A stretch of 64,000 nt of DNA from Gammaproteobacteria bacterium (GCA_965221695.1 OZ244905.1:128001-192000); one strand, 5' to 3'. Counted from the stretch's first letter, positions 46,591 to 57,188 are shown. The notes: generated by a model from the sequence alone, not told the origin. A program made the numbers and translations.

Positions 46591-48009
46591 CTATTGATAA
46601 TCCCGCAATTGGTCAACATCGAACATTTCTTCTGTTACTCGTTCGTCTCGGTCTTCCCAATTTGGTTCCATATATAAGGTTGACATTCGTTTGGTAACGT
46701 AGTTATTGACCATACAGTAACGCCACATTGCATCCCCTTCTGTCGGGCGCCAGGCGCGACTGTCTTCCCAATTCCTAAATTTGTTACCTCTTGGATCTTC
46801 CGTAATATGATACTGCATGTAATAGAATTCCTTATCGACCCATGTCCTGCGTTTGGAATATATATATTTGCCGGTCTTGTCGATAATATCCAGGATCCAT
46901 ACCGGACGTAATTCCACTTCCAGTGATTTAAAATTGCACTGATCTTCCGTCAGTACGGCTGAATCATAAATATAACCCACTTCAGGTGATGCCAGGATAA
47001 AACCTTCCCCGGCGAGCACGTAATCGAACTTGCTTACATCGGTTTTACCCCAGTATGCACGCCAATCATCCCAGATCAGTTCCTGGCCTGATGCAATCGG
47101 ATCCTGTGCATCAGACCCGGTTAAGATGCGGGTTCGGCGCAAACTAGGGATAAATACCTTGAAATCATCATCTTTGTCAGCATCGGGATAGCGCTGTCGG
47201 ACGCCTGCCAGACCGCGAATATCCAAGGGTTCAAGGAAGAATATCGAACCTCCCTCTATGAAATCCTCTTTTCCGTCTATCTCGCCAAAAGGACCGGTAT
47301 TTTTTCGATTATGATAATGCCACCACCATAAATCAGCCTTGTATTCGCTGTCAAGCCGTCCCCCTGCAGTACAGGCGCGCATATGGATAGGTTCGAAGTT
47401 CAATGTATCAATATTTACCGAATGAGCCACGTATGACCAGTTCAGTTCCAGACCATTTTTTGGATTCAGAAACGGGATGGAAGTGGCTCCGGCACCGGAC
47501 ATCAATGCATAACTTCCGTCCGGATAAAGCAATTCACCCTTTTCATTGATAACCAGTTCTATCCCTTTTTCTTTCAATTCCTTGGTCCCTTCCAGGTATC
47601 CTTTGTGCATGTAGTAGGTATTGGTCGGAACGATGGTGATTTCGGCTATGTTGCTCCATGACGATGACAAATGTTCTATGAATTCCAGAGGCATGTAATC
47701 CTCTAGCCAGGGATATTGATCGGCATTATCCTTGGTTAGTTTAAGACCAGGTTTTAGATCTGGCGGCAAATCTGCTTGATCCATGAGGTCATAAGCATCA
47801 TATCCTCTCAATTCCCTCCATTCTGCTGCAAGCGCAATCGCCTCGGGTTTGGAGATTTCCTCTACCCATCTGGCATGATCCGCATTCCCTGTTGATGCTG
47901 CAAAGGCCTTCCATGCCTCCAGCGCTCTGTTTGTATCAGCATGGATGACCGGACTGAGAAAAAAGCTAAAAAGAAAAATTATCAGGGTTGTGATTATATT
48001 GTTCATCAC
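46591..48009 (-). CDS. DUF1329-family periplasmic protein
   Basis: Signal peptide; IPF.NPKNGLE..W, P.DIRG, F.PSLRRTR and YSKRRTWVDKE motifs. Confidence 0.75.
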   Translation of the reverse strand: MMNNIITTLIIFLFSFFLSPVIHADTNRALEAWKAFAASTGNADHARWVEEISKPEAIALAAEWRELRGYDAYDLMDQADLPPDLKPGLKLTKDNADQYPWLEDYMPLEFIEHLSSSWSNIAEITIVPTNTYYMHKGYLEGTKELKEKGIELVINEKGELLYPDGSYALMSGAGATSIPFLNPKNGLELNWSYVAHSVNIDTLNFEPIHMRACTAGGRLDSEYKADLWWWHYHNRKNTGPFGEIDGKEDFIEGGSIFFLEPLDIRGLAGVRQRYPDADKDDDFKVFIPSLRRTRILTGSDAQDPIASGQELIWDDWRAYWGKTDVSKFDYVLAGEGFILASPEVGYIYDSAVLTEDQCNFKSLEVELRPVWILDIIDKTGKYIYSKRRTWVDKEFYYMQYHITEDPRGNKFRNWEDSRAWRPTEGDAMWRYCMVNNYVTKRMSTLYMEPNWEDRDERVTEEMFDVDQLRDYQ

Positions 48010-48052
48010 GTTTATCCTCCTCTGTTCTGGTTTTATTGCAGATCAAGGTTTT

Positions 48053-50062
48053 TTAAAATTGAAATGTCAGCGACAGTTCCACAAAATCGGAATTGTCGAG
48101 TAAACCAATCGGCGCATTCTCACCACCGTTACCGTCAAAATGCATCCACTCAAGCCGAGGACGCCATCGTTTACCAAAGAAATTAAAATCGATGCGTTGT
48201 CGGTAATAATGCCCTTTATTGTCAAAATCTCTGATATACAAACCTTCCAGGACCAGGCGCTGTTGAAACAGCGGAGATTGCCAGAGGAAAGTAATGTACT
48301 GGTGATCCTTGGAGACCGTGTCAAAGGCATAAGGCGCCTGTTGCAGCAATCCTTTACTGGCATCAAACGTGTGAATATTGAAGAACTGGAAACTGGTGAA
48401 TACCGATTTTTCCTGGGTATCCCAACCGGGTACCCATAAAGGATAGTCGAAACCGATCATGGTTGACAAGACATCGCTGCGGGTAATAGTTTTGTCTTCG
48501 GTTGCAGCCAGTGCCGGACTGCCCGCTTCGTCCCTGTTATTCAGAGGTAGCGGCAGTACGCCTAACGGGGTATTCAGGTTCCCGATGGCGCCAGGATTCA
48601 TATGGCTACGGTTGTAGTACTTGTCAAATTCATATGCAACTTCCAGGCGCATCGCCGGTGAAGTCTGTTTCGGGCCGAACTTGAATTCGCTCATGTCCCG
48701 GGCAAAGCTGAAACCAATCAGTTTTTGACGATGTTGATAATCAAGGTTGACTATACCGTTCACTGAACAAGGCAGTCCGGCGCCTAGTCCCGGTTGCAGT
48801 GGATCAGCACAGCCTCCCATTGATAAAGTGGTTAATGGGCTTTCAACCAACGGGCCAACTCCTGCAATACCACGAAGATAGGCAAGGTATCCACCGGTAG
48901 GGAATATGCCGCCCACAGAAGGCCCTAAAAAACCGGGAGCGCCGTGTACTACCGTTTCAACGTCTGCGGCTGTTAAAGGCAGTGTAGCGATAGATGCGTT
49001 AATATTATTAAAACCATTGCCTACGATAAACGTACCACCTTCCAGGGTCACGGTCGGCAGGTCTTGCATACCATAGAAGCCATTGATGGTAAACTGCCCT
49101 CCAAGAGAATCAAATTTCAGCCGGGCCGAGTATTCTGCATTATTAAAGCCCCATTGGTCGGCTTCCTTATCACGGATATCGAATCCAAATCCTACGAAAC
49201 CAGCTCCTGAAACCGGATCAATCACATCAGGAAACGGCAGTCCAAATATGCCGCCTGAGGAAGGGTCACTGGGGTTTGGATTATTAACAACAAACTCACT
49301 GTGCCTGACCTCCGGAACAATATTAACTTCAAGGACAGGCCGCCTCATTCCTAGGCTTTCGAAAGGCTTGGAGATGCCTATCTTTCTGAAGTTGAAGTCA
49401 GCAGCAACCATGAATGCTGGAATTCGGAGTTCATCGGAATCCCGGAACGCAAAGCGTTCACGTAAGTCCTGCGCGTGCAGAACGTCCAGTAAACGCAAGC
49501 CGTCGGACTGTCCCCAACCGCGCTGGAATTTGCCGATTTTGACTGTAAAACGATTTTTCCTGTCGCGGTATTTGAGTGACAGTTCACGGATGATTTCGTC
49601 AGCGCTATCGAAATGGCGGATTCCCTTGGAAGATGCACAGAAAGTGTCCACAGTTGAATTAACGGCAGATCCTGAGCAATTACTGGTGTTCAAACGGTAG
49701 GGCAAACGCCTGTTGAAGTTGCTTAGTGAACCGGGGGCGACATCGGTCGGATCATGCATGCCGCTGCTTCTGATGGTGTCCATACCCGGCGCCCAGTCGC
49801 CGCGCAACCAGAAATTCCCGATAAACGTCCATTGCCGGTTTGGTCTCCACGAGGTTATTACCTCAGCGAGATAATTTGTCGGACCGTTTATCGTACCCTG
49901 GTTCTCTAGGTCGTAAAGTATCGAACTGCCCTGTTTTAAACGACCATTCAGAGTCCAGTCTTTACTCTTTAAATTGACTGCATACGTTTGCCCTGTAATG
50001 ACAAAGGTCGCAGTAATCAGCAGCAATAAATTCAGTATATGTTTCATGTTATCGTGCCTCAT
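48053..50062 (-). CDS. DUF1302-family outer-membrane beta-barrel protein
   Basis: Signal peptide; IRELS, KIGKFQ.GWG.SDG.RLLD, ELRIP; C-terminal VELSLTFQF. Start may be the second Met (50047). Confidence 0.7.
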   Translation of the reverse strand: MRHDNMKHILNLLLLITATFVITGQTYAVNLKSKDWTLNGRLKQGSSILYDLENQGTINGPTNYLAEVITSWRPNRQWTFIGNFWLRGDWAPGMDTIRSSGMHDPTDVAPGSLSNFNRRLPYRLNTSNCSGSAVNSTVDTFCASSKGIRHFDSADEIIRELSLKYRDRKNRFTVKIGKFQRGWGQSDGLRLLDVLHAQDLRERFAFRDSDELRIPAFMVAADFNFRKIGISKPFESLGMRRPVLEVNIVPEVRHSEFVVNNPNPSDPSSGGIFGLPFPDVIDPVSGAGFVGFGFDIRDKEADQWGFNNAEYSARLKFDSLGGQFTINGFYGMQDLPTVTLEGGTFIVGNGFNNINASIATLPLTAADVETVVHGAPGFLGPSVGGIFPTGGYLAYLRGIAGVGPLVESPLTTLSMGGCADPLQPGLGAGLPCSVNGIVNLDYQHRQKLIGFSFARDMSEFKFGPKQTSPAMRLEVAYEFDKYYNRSHMNPGAIGNLNTPLGVLPLPLNNRDEAGSPALAATEDKTITRSDVLSTMIGFDYPLWVPGWDTQEKSVFTSFQFFNIHTFDASKGLLQQAPYAFDTVSKDHQYITFLWQSPLFQQRLVLEGLYIRDFDNKGHYYRQRIDFNFFGKRWRPRLEWMHFDGNGGENAPIGLLDNSDFVELSLTFQF

Positions 50063-50149
50063 TATTACCTGAAATGGATAGGTTGATTTCGGAAATTTTG
50101 CCGATTAATATAATCTCTGATGTTGTTCAAATGTGATCTGAAAGAGGTT

Positions 50150-52546
50150 TCATCTTGCTTCAGCCAATCCAGGGTTGGTTGTCATTTCGGAATAGTCCTC
50201 ATGCTGCATATTCTGGAATTCAAAATTTACTTCATCGGCTGTAAATACCGATTTTGGCTTGAATACGTATAAGGCTGCGGGGACGAATAACAATGACCCC
50301 AACATGTTCATGAACAGGACTAATCCGAGCAGCATCCCCATTTCAGCCTGAAATCGTAAAGGCGACAAAAATGCCCAGGGCAATAATGGTCCAATCATCG
50401 TAATTGCCGTGATGAATATAGCGTTGCCGGACGTGATAAATGCATTATGGATTGCATCCGAAATAGCGCCGGTCCCTTTACTGAATTCTTCCTTGATGCG
50501 GTCCATCATGTAAATCCCGTAGTCCACACCCAATCCGACACCCAGCGCTGTCAATGGCAAAGTGCTTACGTTCAACCCCACTCCCTTCCAGGCCATGAAA
50601 GCATAGGTTAACGAATTTGCTGTCGCCAGGCTGAGCAGCAATATCATCGCGACAATGAGCGACCGGTAATAAATCAGAATACAGATTCCAATCACTATTA
50701 CAATCGCAACCATGATATGTAGGTTGGACCTCGTGATTTCTGCATTTAGAGCTTCAACAATACCTATCTGACCGCCGGAATAAAGAAAGTCGGCATCGCT
50801 TACCAGTTCGTGTTCCAGGTTGAAGAAGTCATTCAATTTCCTGGTTACTTTTTGAATGGTAACTACACTGTGGTCTTCGAGAAAAAATGATACGTTCCCG
50901 ATCTCCCAATCAATATTGGTAAAAGCTGCAAAATCACCGGGTTCGCCCCGGGATCTGAACATGTAGATATTGAAGCCGACTTCCTCTTTGGAATCGGGGA
51001 TGATTTCATAAGAGGGATCACCTTCGAACAAGACGGAATTCACAATTTTGATGATTGGCACCAGACTCTGCGCGGGACGAACTTCAGGCACTCGTTCGTA
51101 GATGTACCTATCCATTGCCTCGGTCTGGTGATAGACACTGGGATCCAGCATCGTATCCTTATCGCCTTCGATATAAACCTGCATCATATCCGAGCCGAGG
51201 AAGGAAAAACGGGTATTGATAGATTCCGAATCCAGGTTAAAGCGAGAATCTGGCCAGAGTATTGCGCTGCCCTTGGTATCGCCCACTTTTAAATTTGTTG
51301 AATATGACACCCCGATAACAAGTAATATCATCGTTACCGCAAACATGATGTATTTGTGGTCTTCCATATTGATTACGGCAGACCAGATTTTGTTAAGAAG
51401 TACGGAACCTGTATTGTGGGATTTGGGGGGCTTGATTAAACACATCACCGAGGACGCGAATATCAGACTTGGCACTATGGACAGTAGCCATATTCCGCAA
51501 ATCAGGGCCAACCCTTTGATACTGGGTATGGCGACTAGGCCCAAAACGCCGAAACCGGCCGCATCCGTCAGGATCGCAGCAGTACTGGGACGAAACAGTC
51601 GGGCAAGGCCGTCCCGGGTACAGGTTCGACAATCATCTGGGAACGGATCTGAATTCTGAATATTGTTGAGAATCCGGGTGATTAACTGGACTCCGTGAGA
51701 CAGGACAATGGCAAAGATGAACGCCGGCAGCAGTATCAGGAGCGGGTCTAGATTATAACCTACCGCGCCCATGGCTCCCAGACCCCAGATGGTTGCCACT
51801 GATGCCGTGAACATGGGTACGAAAACCCCAACCCATGTTCTGAAATATATATAAAGAACCAGTGCAACAATAAGCAGAGAAATCATCAGTATCCTGAAAA
51901 TTGCATCCAAGGACTGGTAGATGTAACCCAGTAGTAGCGGGCGTCCGACGACGTGAATGGACAAGGTATCGTCTTCCATTTCTGCACGAATCGTATTGAA
52001 GAAATTCAATACTTCCTGAAAGTTGGCTTCATCCTTGAAGTCAGCAATGATCATCGCTGAGCGTTCATCGTTTGATACCAGAAACCCTCGGTACTGGTTG
52101 TTTACCGCGCGCCGGAATTGCTGCATTTGTGCTTCGTCACGCGGCAGGTCCGGCCAGAGGATCGCACTTACGTCAACCGCGCCGCCACTTCCGGTTATTG
52201 CTTTCGTTTTGCGCAGGATCAGTGATTGACTCAGGTGGCGGAAGGTGTCGGGATGATAGAAGACGTCTTCGGCAATCTTTTTGTATTTTTCCAGAAACTC
52301 AATTGAATAAATATTGCCAGTCTTATTTTTTACCTCAATAAGGGTGGTGTTTGCGCCTCCAAATTGTGCGCCGAAGCGTTTAAACAGTTCTACATTATTC
52401 GCCCCTTCGGGCAACATTTCTTCGAGTACAACATTTAGGGATAATCCATCGTAAATATAATAGGCGGGCAGCAGAGTGATTAGAAGCAGAACAGTAAATA
52501 CCAGTTTTGCCTTGCTGGTAATAAATTCTGCTACACGCTCTTTCAC
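50150..52546 (-). CDS. MMPL/RND-family inner-membrane transporter
   Basis: Two repeats of TM1-large loop-5 TM; FGGAN, TDAAGF, GVGLGVDYGIY and LRFQAEMG motifs. Confidence 0.88.
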   Translation of the reverse strand: MKERVAEFITSKAKLVFTVLLLITLLPAYYIYDGLSLNVVLEEMLPEGANNVELFKRFGAQFGGANTTLIEVKNKTGNIYSIEFLEKYKKIAEDVFYHPDTFRHLSQSLILRKTKAITGSGGAVDVSAILWPDLPRDEAQMQQFRRAVNNQYRGFLVSNDERSAMIIADFKDEANFQEVLNFFNTIRAEMEDDTLSIHVVGRPLLLGYIYQSLDAIFRILMISLLIVALVLYIYFRTWVGVFVPMFTASVATIWGLGAMGAVGYNLDPLLILLPAFIFAIVLSHGVQLITRILNNIQNSDPFPDDCRTCTRDGLARLFRPSTAAILTDAAGFGVLGLVAIPSIKGLALICGIWLLSIVPSLIFASSVMCLIKPPKSHNTGSVLLNKIWSAVINMEDHKYIMFAVTMILLVIGVSYSTNLKVGDTKGSAILWPDSRFNLDSESINTRFSFLGSDMMQVYIEGDKDTMLDPSVYHQTEAMDRYIYERVPEVRPAQSLVPIIKIVNSVLFEGDPSYEIIPDSKEEVGFNIYMFRSRGEPGDFAAFTNIDWEIGNVSFFLEDHSVVTIQKVTRKLNDFFNLEHELVSDADFLYSGGQIGIVEALNAEITRSNLHIMVAIVIVIGICILIYYRSLIVAMILLLSLATANSLTYAFMAWKGVGLNVSTLPLTALGVGLGVDYGIYMMDRIKEEFSKGTGAISDAIHNAFITSGNAIFITAITMIGPLLPWAFLSPLRFQAEMGMLLGLVLFMNMLGSLLFVPAALYVFKPKSVFTADEVNFEFQNMQHEDYSEMTTNPGLAEAR

Positions 52547-53721
52547 GGCTGTTTACTCCAACGGCTGGAAAGCAGTTTTACATCGTTTGTCGCCGCCAAG
52601 TTGAATGCCTGTCCGAAGGTCATTTTATTCAGGTCACCGGCTACAACCAGCCCCCGAATACCCGATGCCCAGATATGTCCTGTAGAAGTGACGGCTACTC
52701 CTCCCATCCATATGAATGGAAGCGGGAATTCATCATCCGGCTTCAAAAATGTAGTTATATTTCCGGTAATCTTCAGCATGGTCGAACGGCCCACCACGAC
52801 TGCCTCATTGCTCGATGTAACTGTGACATCAAAGAGATGCTCCTCGGTTCCCGAAACTATGGGCTCTGCAAAGTATTCAATCTCACTTCTGGGCAGAACC
52901 TCGGAATCCTTTTTCACATATTGCTGTTTTCTGCGTTTCGCCCTAGCTCTCGCTTTTGCTTCGGCTTTTGCCGCTTCAGCAGCAGCCTGACGATCGATCT
53001 CTTTACGCTGTGCCTCATTTGCAATAGACAAACGCAATATTTCGCCATCGACACCCACGACGTACGCCATATCGTCTGCGCCATGCACAGCCAACCAGGT
53101 AATCTTTGATTTTACCGGTGTAATTAACCAATATTTTCCGCCGTTTTCCGTATGAGCGACGACACCGAATTCACCAACAAGTATCGCACTATCCCGGTTT
53201 ATGGCATGTATTCCATGTAACCGGGGAATATCCCGGCCGCGATGACCAAGAAGATGTTGTTGGCGCCAGGTTTTGCCGCCATCGTTGGTGTTCCAGATAT
53301 TGGCCTCATGTCCCACGACCCAGCCGTTATCATGGTCGGAAAAATCAACGTCGCGAAGATAGATTCCAGGAAGTTCTTTTTGTAATGACCAGGTCAAACC
53401 TGCATCACCGGTATGAAAAACTGAACCTCGATGACCGACAGCCCAACCTGTATTTTCATCGACAAAGGACAGTCTGCGAATCAGTTCATTACGGCCAATA
53501 TAGATAGCATCCCAGGAATTGCCTCCATCACGGGTGCGTAATACCGTACCGCTGTAGCCGGCAATATAGCCAACGTCATCCGTAACAAATTCTACCGCAA
53601 ACAAATTATCCGGCCAGAAGCGGTGAAATCCGGGCGTGTATTCATCACTTACTGATGTTGTCCCGAATAAGTAGCCAAAAACCGTAATCAAAGATGCAAT
53701 GCACCGACAACATCCTGACAT
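52543..53721 (-). CDS. YCF48/BNR-repeat beta-propeller protein
   Basis: Repeated (R/H/N)T.DGG..W Asp-box motifs and GWAVG. Start set at ATG 53721 (GGGGA RBS), downstream of the sigma54 site. Confidence 0.8.
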   Translation of the reverse strand: MSGCCRCIASLITVFGYLFGTTSVSDEYTPGFHRFWPDNLFAVEFVTDDVGYIAGYSGTVLRTRDGGNSWDAIYIGRNELIRRLSFVDENTGWAVGHRGSVFHTGDAGLTWSLQKELPGIYLRDVDFSDHDNGWVVGHEANIWNTNDGGKTWRQQHLLGHRGRDIPRLHGIHAINRDSAILVGEFGVVAHTENGGKYWLITPVKSKITWLAVHGADDMAYVVGVDGEILRLSIANEAQRKEIDRQAAAEAAKAEAKARARAKRRKQQYVKKDSEVLPRSEIEYFAEPIVSGTEEHLFDVTVTSSNEAVVVGRSTMLKITGNITTFLKPDDEFPLPFIWMGGVAVTSTGHIWASGIRGLVVAGDLNKMTFGQAFNLAATNDVKLLSSRWSKQP

Positions 53722-53816
53722 GACTGTATTTATTCCCCCAGAGAGACTGTTTCTATTGTAACCAATAGAAACTTCACAAAATTCTGTATGAATTGCCAAT
53801 TGTCTCGAAAACACAC

Positions 53817-53832
53817 GCATTAATTATGCCAA
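53817..53832 (-). promoter_or_regulatory. Sigma54 (-24/-12) promoter of the transport/aniline-dioxygenase operon
   Basis: Minus strand TTGGCATAATTAATGC (GG-N10-GC), next to a XylR-type activator gene. Confidence 0.7.
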
Positions 53833-54141
53833 TTCAGTAAATATGGTAACTCCTTGTATATAATGAGAAAAAAACAGGAAGTTCAAATTTACTATGTAAC
53901 GATATGATCAGTAATTTTATTAAATCAATCATCATTTTAATTATGCATCATTTGCAACTACTCACTCCCCTTCCAGTTAATTCTACCTGAATTTACTGGT
54001 CGTAATAATCTGAAGATGATGATCATACTGGACAATAGGCTATAATTTAAAGAATTTACTTTCATCATTTAATAAGATTTCCAAAAATATAGACGACATC
54101 AGTCTGCTCGTTGGGTAGTTTTATTCTGGCATAATGATGAA

Positions 54142-55854
54142 ATGATAAAAACTTCTCCGATCGGCGTTGAAATGACACGAGTAAAAGTAGATTTACCTGA
54201 CGAATCCGAACTCTATTCTCTATTATCGTTTAGGGAAAATGATGGTCAAATTAATCTAGACCAATACCGAATGTTACTACTTCATACCGAAACAATGGGT
54301 GTTTTGAGGAAGGAGTTAATCGAGTCACTGGGAGTTGAGAGAGCAAGAGGTTTGTTTACCAGGATGGGTTATGAATCTGGCCGTAATGACGCCATTTTAG
54401 CGAAAAAACTCAAACCAAATGCTACGGATATTGAGACATTCTCAATAGGCCCTCAATTGCACAAATTGGAAGGCATAGTAAAGGTAACGCCGCTTAATGT
54501 GGAGATGGAACTCGGGACCGGTAGTTTTTATGGGGAATTTCTTTGGGAGAACTCTTATGAGGCTCAGATACATATAGGTCGGTTTGGAATCGCACAAGGG
54601 CCTGTGTGCTGGATGCAGATTGGTTATGCAAGTGGTTATACCAGTACATTCGTAGGTAAATTTATCCTCTATAAAGAAATGGACTGCACTGGTTGTGGTG
54701 ACAAGTTTTGTAGAATCATAGGTAAACCTCTCGAGGATTGGGGAATTGACAAAGAGGAGTACCGTTATTTCAAGCCCGATAATGTTGCTGACCAGATGTT
54801 ACAGCTACAGTCGCAAGTGGAAAAGTTACGCTTGTCAGTTGACCAGATGTTTGAGCTTAGCAATATTGTAGGTGATTCAGAAAGTCTCCGGGCAGTTTTT
54901 AAGCTAATTGAAAATGTTGCTGATAGCCAAGCAACTGTAATGCTGCTGGGGGAGACGGGCGTCGGTAAAGATTTATTCGCAAATGCTCTACATAATATTA
55001 GTAATCGGAAGAACGGACCTTTTATTGCCGTTAACTGCGCTGCCATACCGGAGGAATTGATCGAATCGGAGTTGTTTGGTGTCGAGAAAGGCGCTTATAC
55101 AGGCGCTCAGAGGTCGCGCCCGGGAAGATTCGAACGCGCTCACAATGGTACTTTATTTCTGGATGAAGTAGACAAACTGTCAGAATCTGCGCAAACGAAA
55201 CTGTTACGTGTTTTGCAAAACCATGAACTGGAACGGGTTGGCGATGTGCGCGCGCGTAAGGTAAATGTCAGGATTATTACCGCATCGAATACAAATCTTG
55301 AAAATTTGGTAAAACAAGGCCGTTTCCGAAAAGATCTGTATTTTCGCCTAAATATATATCCTGTAATCATCCCTACTTTACGCCAACGCAAAGAAGATAT
55401 CCCCATGCTGGCGAGCCATTTTATTGAGAAACACAGTACAAGATATGGAAAATACGGGATTGAGATAGACGGAGAAGCCATGCAAGGACTGCTGAATTAT
55501 GATTGGCCCGGGAACGTCCGTGAATTTGAGAATGTTATAGAACGTGGGATTATCCTCACAAATAAAAATGAAAAAATTAAACTCTCTCACCTTCTGTTCA
55601 GCACAATGGATTCTGATGCCATGGATAAAGTTCAGAGTACCGCCGAAGAAATTCAAATAAACACTGCCAAAAATATGGCGGATGAAATCATAGAGAAGGT
55701 GTCGGAATTTCCAAAGTTTGAACAAATTGAAGCCATGTTATTGAAAAAAGCGCTGCAGAGGGCTAACGGAAATGTCAGTAAAGCTGCAAAAATGCTGGGT
55801 TTGACTCGGCCACAATTTGCCTATCGGCTGAAAAAGATCAATAGTACAGCGTGA
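54142..55854 (+). CDS. XylR/DmpR/TouR-family sigma54-dependent aromatic-responsive activator
   Basis: XylR_N/V4R (RMLLLH, GPQLH.LEG, VCWMQIGYASGY), GETGVGK, ESELFG..KGAYTGA, FLDEV, WPGNVRE; C-terminal HTH. Confidence 0.92.
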   Translation: MIKTSPIGVEMTRVKVDLPDESELYSLLSFRENDGQINLDQYRMLLLHTETMGVLRKELIESLGVERARGLFTRMGYESGRNDAILAKKLKPNATDIETFSIGPQLHKLEGIVKVTPLNVEMELGTGSFYGEFLWENSYEAQIHIGRFGIAQGPVCWMQIGYASGYTSTFVGKFILYKEMDCTGCGDKFCRIIGKPLEDWGIDKEEYRYFKPDNVADQMLQLQSQVEKLRLSVDQMFELSNIVGDSESLRAVFKLIENVADSQATVMLLGETGVGKDLFANALHNISNRKNGPFIAVNCAAIPEELIESELFGVEKGAYTGAQRSRPGRFERAHNGTLFLDEVDKLSESAQTKLLRVLQNHELERVGDVRARKVNVRIITASNTNLENLVKQGRFRKDLYFRLNIYPVIIPTLRQRKEDIPMLASHFIEKHSTRYGKYGIEIDGEAMQGLLNYDWPGNVREFENVIERGIILTNKNEKIKLSHLLFSTMDSDAMDKVQSTAEEIQINTAKNMADEIIEKVSEFPKFEQIEAMLLKKALQRANGNVSKAAKMLGLTRPQFAYRLKKINSTA

Positions 55855-55869
55855 TACAACTGAATGTAA

Positions 55870-56931
55870 TTATGGATGAATCAGCATTTTAAGTACATTG
55901 TCCTGCTTTTCATTGAAAACCAAAAATGCCTCATTAATCTGTTTCAGTGAATATTCGTGGCTGAATAATGTATCTGGATTGACTATGCCGCGCTCAATCA
56001 GGCTCAAACTTTTCTGCATAAAGGGTTGCACGTTGGCAAATCCATTCATATGCAGGCTTATATCACGTAAAAAAATATCTGCCAGGTTCAGGTTAAATTC
56101 CTGATCACAAAATACGCCAATTGCTGCAATGGTACCGCCCGGTCGAATCAGGTCGAGAGACATTTGCAAGGATTCTTGAGAACCGACAACTTCAATTATT
56201 TTATCAAAGCCGCGGTCTTGACTATAGCTCATGGCCTGTTTTTGCCAGTCAGCGTCAGATATGTTTATACTTGAGGCGCCTTTTTGTTCCGCATAAACCA
56301 GACGATGAGAAACACTATCAAAAGCGACTACTTTGCCCGGCGCCTTCAGCATAATAATATCTAGCGCCATTAGGCCCGTAGGACCACAGCCAATCAAAGC
56401 TACAGTTTCATCGGGCTGTATATCAGCTAGGTTATTAGCTATTAAAGCAGATGGAAGGTTGCATGATAAAGTAACTCCTGCTGCATCAGTAACCGTTTCA
56501 GGTAATTTCAGAGCATGGGCATCGGCAAACGGTATAGTCATTAATTCGGCGTGAGTACCGTTTAAATTACCAAACGGAACGCCAAAGCCGTAAACTCCTT
56601 TTTGAGTAGTTTCACAATGTGCTGTCTGGCCTGCATTACACATATAACACTCACCGCATGAGCAGGAATAGGCCATAGTAATTCTGTCGCCAGCTCGAAA
56701 TCTTTCTACGGATTTGCCGGTTTCCAGTACCTCTCCCACCAGTTCATGCCCGGTTTGGGATTTACCGTTTTCCATAATTGCGTCCAGGGATCCGCGATAT
56801 AAATGTAGGTCCGAACCACAAATAGACGTTGCTTTGACTTGCACCAGTATTTCATGATCGTGTTTGATTTCAGGAGCGCTGATATCAGTACACCGTATAT
56901 CTTTAACTCCAAAATATATTGCCGCTTTCAT
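55870..56931 (-). CDS. Zinc-dependent alcohol dehydrogenase (MDR family)
   Basis: ICGSDLH, GHE, C..C..C.......C structural Zn site, GCGPTG. Confidence 0.88.
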   Translation of the reverse strand: MKAAIYFGVKDIRCTDISAPEIKHDHEILVQVKATSICGSDLHLYRGSLDAIMENGKSQTGHELVGEVLETGKSVERFRAGDRITMAYSCSCGECYMCNAGQTAHCETTQKGVYGFGVPFGNLNGTHAELMTIPFADAHALKLPETVTDAAGVTLSCNLPSALIANNLADIQPDETVALIGCGPTGLMALDIIMLKAPGKVVAFDSVSHRLVYAEQKGASSINISDADWQKQAMSYSQDRGFDKIIEVVGSQESLQMSLDLIRPGGTIAAIGVFCDQEFNLNLADIFLRDISLHMNGFANVQPFMQKSLSLIERGIVNPDTLFSHEYSLKQINEAFLVFNEKQDNVLKMLIHP

Positions 56932-57172
56932 AAATTAATTCCACGCTCGACCATTATCGAGAATTATTTATACAGATAATACTTAGGCTCTATATGAAAA
57001 TTAAATTTTCTCCATGATGGCTATCCCGGCCACTCCTCTATAAAGATTACGATGCAATGAGTATTTTTCAAGTGATCAATCTCAATATCACAAATGTTAT
57101 GATATAGTAAAAAACTAATTTTACGTTAGCGGAACATGAACCTATCAGACTGATTATATTGATAAAATATAA

Positions 57173-57188
57173 TTGGCATGATTTGTGT
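57173..57188 (+). promoter_or_regulatory. Probable variant sigma54 promoter of the monooxygenase operon
   Basis: TTGGCATGATTTGTGT (GG-N10-GT instead of GC). Shares AATTGGCAT with the 53817-53832 site; AT-rich upstream region. Confidence 0.45.

Noticed and set aside
53722-53820. Longer N-terminus of the BNR protein from the ORF track
   Set aside because: That ATG lies inside the sigma54 promoter, while ATG 53721 has an RBS. Similar over-extensions were trimmed at 18669, 20669, 22712, 28726 and 42321.
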